Assembly (NCBI GenBank): GCA_963804995.1
Contig: CAWDSK010000005.1
Location: 160,001 to 224,000 of the forward strand
Direction of reading: 5' to 3'
Source of the DNA: an uncultured Acidobacteriota bacterium
GTDB lineage: Bacteria; Acidobacteriota; Terriglobia; UBA7540
DNA length: 64,000 nt
The position numbers and the translations under genes were made by a program. The stretch's first letter is position 1, and each line of letters starts with the position of its first letter. Shown here one piece after another: positions 59,061-64,000 of this stretch. Under the pieces are notes generated by a model, which saw only the letters and a list, made by a program, of their open reading frames with translations, was not told where the DNA came from and did not search any database.

Positions 59061-61880
59061 TCAGCGTTTTCCCCCCTGACATTTTGTTATGTGCGCCATC
59101 CCGCCCTTCTCGCTGCCTTCTGCTTTCCGCTTTCTGCCTTCCGCCTTCTGCCTTCCGCCTTCTGCCTTCTGCCTACTGTTCTTTCCAAAGTGCGCGGCGG
59201 GTTCGAAAGCTTTCTCAAGCGCCTGCCGGTAAGCTTCCACGTCGTAGCCCCTCCAACCTTCCCACAGAGTCCAGGCGCGCACGCGATCGTCGATGAATGT
59301 GGAGTCCGCATCGGTGATGATGAATTCGATGTTCTCACCCGGGCGCAACTTCACACCCGCGCGGTCCAGTTGCCGGGCGGCGATGGCGGTCACGCTGTTC
59401 TTCTGGTAGCTGGCGGGAGCTTTGGTAAGGCGTTTGCGAATGACCAGTTCTTCCGGAGCTACGCTACCATCCACGAGGCGCGCCACGTATTTTGCGTAGA
59501 CTTCCCGAGCCTCGCAGAGTTTGGCGCAATAGGTTGTGAAGTCGCGCGCCTCCGCCAAAATCGTCAGCACCTCAAGCTGCATCCTCGAGACCAGCGGCGG
59601 CGTGTCGTGCCGGCGGCATTCCAGCCCGCGCACTTTCAGCTCGCCCGCCTCCGACACGCAGAAAAAGCGGTTGGGCACCGGGATTTCCGCGCACTGCTTG
59701 GAAGGCAGGAAGACAACGTAGCGATAGACGGCCTCAAGCGCCAAGGGCAGGCCGGTGATTTGTTCGATTTCCTGCGCGAGCCGCAGATAGTCCGCGCGGC
59801 TGGGGACTGGGGGCTGGGGAACAGCCGAAACTCGAAAATCGAAATTCGAAACTCGCGAGGCAGTTACCGAATTTCGAGTTTCGGCCTTTTCGTAATCTCT
59901 GATTTTCGATTGCTGATTGTCGATTGAACCCGTCAATAATCGACCATCGTCAATCGTCAATGGAAAGCGAGTTTCGAATTTCGAATTTCGAGTTTCGGCT
60001 TTTTCGCAATTGCCGACTCCTGACTCCTCACTCCTAACTCCTGCCCCCTGCACATAGAGCGAATCCACCAGCGCATGCAGCACGCGGTAGCCTCGCTGCT
60101 CCGCCACCTCTTTCGCCACCAGCAATTTTTCCCGCGCCAAGGCATTGATGGCCTCGTGCGCTTCGATTTTCCCAAAGCGCGCGTTTTTGTAGCCGGTGTA
60201 CCCGAAGCAACAAACCAGCAGCCACTTCAGCACGTCGCGCCGCTGTTTACAGGCTGCGGGGTTCGGGATACGGGCTACGGGACACGGGATACGGGGTTCG
60301 GGATACGGGGTTCTGGAATCGGGAATCGGGATACTGGACACAAGATGTGGAGTTTGGGATTCTGAATTCGTGGTCCGGGGCTCGGGATTCGAAGTGGGAG
60401 AGGGGAGATTTGCCACAGAACTTTCTCCCTGCATCCTGAAACCTGGAGCCCCAATTCCGAATCCCGAATTCCGAGCCTTCAGCCCCGCAGGTTGGATTTC
60501 CAACCCCGCATCCCGTATCCCGTATCCCGTGTCCCGTGTCCCGGCCTCCGTATTCCGTGCCCCGTATCCCGTGTCCCGTATCTCCTTGTACTTTCGCCGC
60601 TTGGCGATGAGGCGCTCAACCACCCGGCTGGTGATGCCGCGATGCTGCTGGCAGACGCGATAGCCGAGTTCCGGCACGCGCGGCGCCTGCGGGCAGCACG
60701 GACAGTTCACCGTTTCCGGCGAAATATTGAAGCGCGCCATGATGCTGGGGAACTCGCTGACGAAATCCAGTTCCGCCACGTTTTCAAAGAAGCCGAGGCG
60801 CGGAGGAAAGACCAACCCGCCGCGGTCCGCAATCAGCAGCTCATCCGGGAACTTGGGGCTTTCCGGCTCCGCCTTTTGCGCCGGGATCAGCACTCCGTCC
60901 CGCCAGGCGAGTTCCATCTGCATATAGGAAATTCCCGTGCCCGGGGTGGTGCGGCAGGCGTATTGAACCGGCAATTTCGTGATCCGCACCAGTTCCCACA
61001 GGCCTTCCTGCTGGCACTGGTCGGCGCCAAAGGAATTCTGCGTGTCGATGTGCAGCCGCCCGAACAAGGTCGTGGTGCTGTCCTTGAACAGGATGCGCCC
61101 GTAGCTCATGTAACTGCGCGAACGCGTGCTCGCGACCGGCACCTGATCGCGATTCAAGGGCAGGTGGATGTGGCGCCGCTGGGCTTGCCGCAGCAAACTC
61201 GGCAGCAGGACGGAATCACCCCATTCGGTCACCAGCACGTCCGGGTCGTGGACGCGCAGCAGGCGCTCGAAAGTCGCCGCGACGGGTTGCTCAGAATCAT
61301 CCAGCACCTGCCAGTTGTCTTCGATGGCAACCTCCACAGCGCCGTGCCGCCCGTGCCGCGGATTGACGTCAGAGAGCCCTTCCAGGCGCATCCGCATGGT
61401 TCGGACGGGTGGCCGCTCGTAGTCGGTCCGCCACTCATCGTCGCGGCAGTCGATGGCCTGGATCTCACCCGCGGCATTCGCCTCAATCTCCACTTGCGCC
61501 AGGGGGAAAAGATTTTTCCCCCAACAGTACATCGGCGCCAGCATCAGGTCAGAGTCGTACAGGATCAGGTCGCTATCGAAGCGGCGGACGAAGCGCGCCA
61601 GCGGCGCGAACAGTGTGGGATGGTGCGCGGACACCTGGAGCACCCGCAGCGGTTGCCGGTCCCAGATGTTCTGCCGCTCCGTCAGTTGGCAGCTCACCCG
61701 AGCGCGGGCCGGGAGCGTTTCCGCCAGACGCGCCAGTTGCCCTTCCGGTCCCTGCACGTAAAAGCAGGGGAGGAAAGCGCTGTCAATCAGCCGGCGGCGC
61801 CTCTGGTTCGGCTCGATAAGCCACAGCACCATCCCCTGCGGGCAGGGGTAAAGGTTGAGAATCCATCCACTGAGTCTCAA
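59061..61880 (-). CDS. Family B DNA polymerase, PolB2-like, with in-frame repeat insertions
   Basis: Motif A LDFVSEFPSI..FNISPET; motif B LKWLLVCCFGYTGY; motif C HALVDSLYV; KVRGLECRRHDTP; degenerate exonuclease region. Confidence 0.88.
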   Translation of the reverse strand: MRLSGWILNLYPCPQGMVLWLIEPNQRRRRLIDSAFLPCFYVQGPEGQLARLAETLPARARVSCQLTERQNIWDRQPLRVLQVSAHHPTLFAPLARFVRRFDSDLILYDSDLMLAPMYCWGKNLFPLAQVEIEANAAGEIQAIDCRDDEWRTDYERPPVRTMRMRLEGLSDVNPRHGRHGAVEVAIEDNWQVLDDSEQPVAATFERLLRVHDPDVLVTEWGDSVLLPSLLRQAQRRHIHLPLNRDQVPVASTRSRSYMSYGRILFKDSTTTLFGRLHIDTQNSFGADQCQQEGLWELVRITKLPVQYACRTTPGTGISYMQMELAWRDGVLIPAQKAEPESPKFPDELLIADRGGLVFPPRLGFFENVAELDFVSEFPSIMARFNISPETVNCPCCPQAPRVPELGYRVCQQHRGITSRVVERLIAKRRKYKEIRDTGYGARNTEAGTRDTGYGIRDAGLEIQPAGLKARNSGFGIGAPGFRMQGESSVANLPSPTSNPEPRTTNSESQTPHLVSSIPIPDSRTPYPEPRIPCPVARIPNPAACKQRRDVLKWLLVCCFGYTGYKNARFGKIEAHEAINALAREKLLVAKEVAEQRGYRVLHALVDSLYVQGAGVRSEESGVGNCEKAETRNSKFETRFPLTIDDGRLLTGSIDNQQSKIRDYEKAETRNSVTASRVSNFDFRVSAVPQPPVPSRADYLRLAQEIEQITGLPLALEAVYRYVVFLPSKQCAEIPVPNRFFCVSEAGELKVRGLECRRHDTPPLVSRMQLEVLTILAEARDFTTYCAKLCEAREVYAKYVARLVDGSVAPEELVIRKRLTKAPASYQKNSVTAIAARQLDRAGVKLRPGENIEFIITDADSTFIDDRVRAWTLWEGWRGYDVEAYRQALEKAFEPAAHFGKNSRQKAEGGRQKAEGRKRKAEGSEKGGMAHITKCQGGKR

Positions 61881-62130
61881 GGTTTATTCCTAACGCCGCC
61901 TCGATTTTGCGCAGCCGGATTTCGTGGTCCAGCTCCACGGCCACGTGAATGCCGTGCATCGCGTCCACGGGAAAGTGATAGGTGCAAGCCTGCACGTAGA
62001 GGCGCACGCGATTGAACATCGCCTCCAGATACACTTGCTCTTCCTGGCGCAGGGCGCGGCCAAAGCGCTGCTTCCAGGATTGCAATTCCTGTTCGATCAG
62101 GTCACGAAAGGTGGCAACGGTTCGTCCCAT
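61783..62130 (-). CDS. Small helical PolB2-associated protein (arCOG07300-like)
   Basis: MGRTVATFR...W..F.RALR.EE pattern; lies between the RecA-like gene and polB. Confidence 0.75.
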   Translation of the reverse strand: MGRTVATFRDLIEQELQSWKQRFGRALRQEEQVYLEAMFNRVRLYVQACTYHFPVDAMHGIHVAVELDHEIRLRKIEAALGINLETQWMDSQPLPLPAGDGAVAYRAEPEAPPAD

Positions 62131-62270
62131 GGGTCCTCCTTCCAGGGGCTGGGGACTGGGCGTCAGGATCGAAACTCGAAATTCGAAACTCGAAATTCGG
62201 TGTCCCGCTCACGAGTTTGCCCGAGACTCCGTCGGGGCAAGGGGGCGAATTTCGAGTTTCGTCCTTTCCC

Positions 62271-63035
62271 CTAGCCCCCAGTCCCCAGCACCTTGTCCTT
62301 CTGCATCAACCCCAGCCGGCCCTGGGCATCGAGCTGAAACTTCCAAAGTTCGGTCGCGGCCGCGCAGGTCTGGGTGAAAAAGAGCTTGCGGCGCGCGGAC
62401 GGTTGGAAACCGGAGACGGAAGAAAACAGCGCCACCGTCAAAGGTAGCGCAGAGTTTTTGGGACTCTGCGGCGCGTCAGGCCCGAAACTTGAAACTCGAA
62501 ACTCGAAATCCGGCAGCTCGCTCACGATTTTCGAGTTTCGATTTTCGAGTTTCGCCGTTTCCCCAGCACCCAGCCCCCCGTCCCTGCCGGCGAGGACGCA
62601 GCGTCGGAGGTGCCCAAGCGCCTGCCGGAAGGTCGCCTGCGCGTCGGCATCGCGCACGTCCTCATCGAAATAAAGCTCGGGGAAGGCGGTGACCATCAGA
62701 ACCTGGGCGGGAAAGTCCGCCAGAAATTGGGGCACGCGACTGATCAGCTCGGTGAGTTGAAAACAGGTGAAGGCCCGCGCGATCTTGATCTGCCGGCTGA
62801 TTTGCGCAAAGGGGATCCCGCGCTGTTCCGCCAGCCGCGCGATCAGCCGCGGGTTGGCTGAGTTCGCGCCATCGAGAAACAGAATCCGCTTGCCCTCCCG
62901 CGCCAGGCGTGGCAGGAAGTAGTGGCTGAGCCGGGGCGCGTCGTACTCCCCGTGAAAGACCGCCAGGCCCTGCGGCGGCAGATGCCAGGGCTGGGTCAAG
63001 GCAGCCGGCAGCGAAGTTGGCCCCTGCATGAACAT
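62271..63035 (-). CDS. Inactivated RecA/RadA-like (ImuA-like) protein
   Basis: ILFLDGANSANP, IKIARAFTCFQL and LYFDEDV motifs; no intact Walker A. Confidence 0.75.
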   Translation of the reverse strand: MFMQGPTSLPAALTQPWHLPPQGLAVFHGEYDAPRLSHYFLPRLAREGKRILFLDGANSANPRLIARLAEQRGIPFAQISRQIKIARAFTCFQLTELISRVPQFLADFPAQVLMVTAFPELYFDEDVRDADAQATFRQALGHLRRCVLAGRDGGLGAGETAKLENRNSKIVSELPDFEFRVSSFGPDAPQSPKNSALPLTVALFSSVSGFQPSARRKLFFTQTCAAATELWKFQLDAQGRLGLMQKDKVLGTGG

Positions 63036-63064
63036 GACTCTATCCCCCCAATAGAGACGCCCTG

Positions 63065-63093
63065 AGTGTAGGCGAATAAAAAGCGAAAGTCAA
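63065..63093 (-). promoter_or_regulatory. Sigma70 promoter with a LexA-box-like direct repeat in the spacer
   Basis: Minus strand TTGACT-TTCGCTTTTTATTCGCC-TACACT: 17-bp spacer with TTCGC repeated at an 11-bp period. Confidence 0.75.
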
Positions 63094-63143
63094 GTCGATC
63101 GGAAGATCGGCAGTGTCCTAGTTTGGAAAGAAGCCCCAAGTGA

Positions 63144-63385
63144 CCCCTCACCCGTCCCGCCCCGGCTGATGAAGACGCCGGCTGCGGTCCACCCTCTCCC
63201 CTCGGAGAGGGCGGTTACTCAAGGTAAGGTGCGGTGCCGTAGCTACCCTGAGATCATAGCCTTCTCCCCAGGGGTCGCAGATCCGCCGTGGCGGAAGAAG
63301 GTGGCTGACGTAGGAAGCCGGATGAGGGGTTACTTGCACCTGCAGGGCGTCGAAACAATTTGCAACTCATAAATTCAAAAACTAT
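63144..63385. repeat. Copy of the CCCCTCACCCGTCCCGCCCCGGCTG element with a right TIR
   Basis: Matches 26007-26200. Confidence 0.8.
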
Positions 63386-63528
63386 TAGCCCGGCGCTACG
63401 TCAAACTAGGTCACTACCGGAAGATCGGCACACGCGCGAATCATCTGGACGAACTTTCGCTCGCGTGCTAGAAAAGAATTTCGCTTGAGCAAGGCATTTT
63501 TTTGACGAAAGCCGTCAGCTAACGCCTT

Positions 63529-63595
63529 AGCTGATAGCTGAAAGCTGATAGCTGATAGCTGAAAGCTGATAGCTGACGCCTGATAGCTGACCGCT
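63529..63595. repeat. Heptamer tandem array (AGCTGA(T/A/C))
   Basis: About 9 units, preceded by an inverted GTCAGCTA. Confidence 0.85.
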
Positions 63596-63613
63596 AATAA
63601 CAGAAAGGACTCC

Positions 63614-64000
63614 TTGAAACGCATTCTCATCACGAACGACGACGGAATTGGCGCGGTAGGAATCAAAGCCCTGGAGCAGGGTCTGGCGGCGGTGGGTGAA
63701 GTGACGGTGATCGCTCCTGATCAGGAGATGAGCGCCACCAGCCAGTCAATCAGCCTGAACATCCCGCTGCGCTTCCACCGCCATGGCGAGCGGCACTACG
63801 CGGTTACCGGCACGCCCACGGACGCAGTGCTTCTGGGTCTCTACCACATTCTGCCGCAGCGGCCTGACCTGGTGGTTAGCGGCATCAATCCGGGGAGTAA
63901 TCTGGGTGAGAACGTGGCGTACTCCGGCACGGTCGCGGCGGCACTGGAGGGCACGCTGCATGGAGTCCCCTCCTTCGCCATTTCGCTCGCCACGCGCAAG
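63614..64000 (+). CDS. surE: 5'/3'-nucleotidase SurE, 3' end outside window
   Basis: AAAGGA RBS and TTG start; RILITNDDG, GTPTDAV, SGINPGSNLG and YSGTVAAA motifs. Confidence 0.94.
   Translation, partial: MKRILITNDDGIGAVGIKALEQGLAAVGEVTVIAPDQEMSATSQSISLNIPLRFHRHGERHYAVTGTPTDAVLLGLYHILPQRPDLVVSGINPGSNLGENVAYSGTVAAALEGTLHGVPSFAISLATRK

Noticed and set aside
59800..60582. Inteins in the polymerase
   Set aside because: No C/S start with HN-C/S/T end motifs; the inserts are low-complexity DNA repeats.
60492..62015. Long antisense ORFs (also 1851-2831, 23028-24272, 28752-30155, 30642-32063)
   Set aside because: Shadow frames of high-GC genes with no recognisable motifs.

Overview
High-GC bacterial chromosomal window. 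Gene order and protein style suggest Acidobacteriota (inference). Housekeeping genes: partial rodA, mrdA, gdhA, a fused NfnB-NfnA transhydrogenase, cysS, galT, a 2-oxoacid dehydrogenase cluster (lpdA-lipB-E1a-E1b-E2), eda/kdgK, trpC-trpF-trpB-trpA-chorismate mutase-aroF...tyrA, a CoA-transferase pair and partial surE. Accessory content: an S8 protease; a ~5.9 kb island between aroF and tyrA (IS1-like remnant with cargo genes, a broken TA module, hypothetical genes, an IS200-like remnant and a 6x121-bp array); a DUF2334/GT2/wecB exopolysaccharide locus; and a three-gene RecA-like/small-partner/PolB2-type polymerase operon behind a promoter whose 17-bp spacer is a LexA-like direct repeat. Many intergenic spaces hold REP/MITE-like palindromes or inverted 7-bp tandem arrays, and such arrays sit in frame inside the polymerase operon genes. 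Three genes carry +1 frameshifts at the same TCGA(A)CGT context, probably a systematic (possibly modification-linked) sequencing error. No rRNA, tRNA or CRISPR array was seen. Repeat boundaries were read by eye and are approximate.
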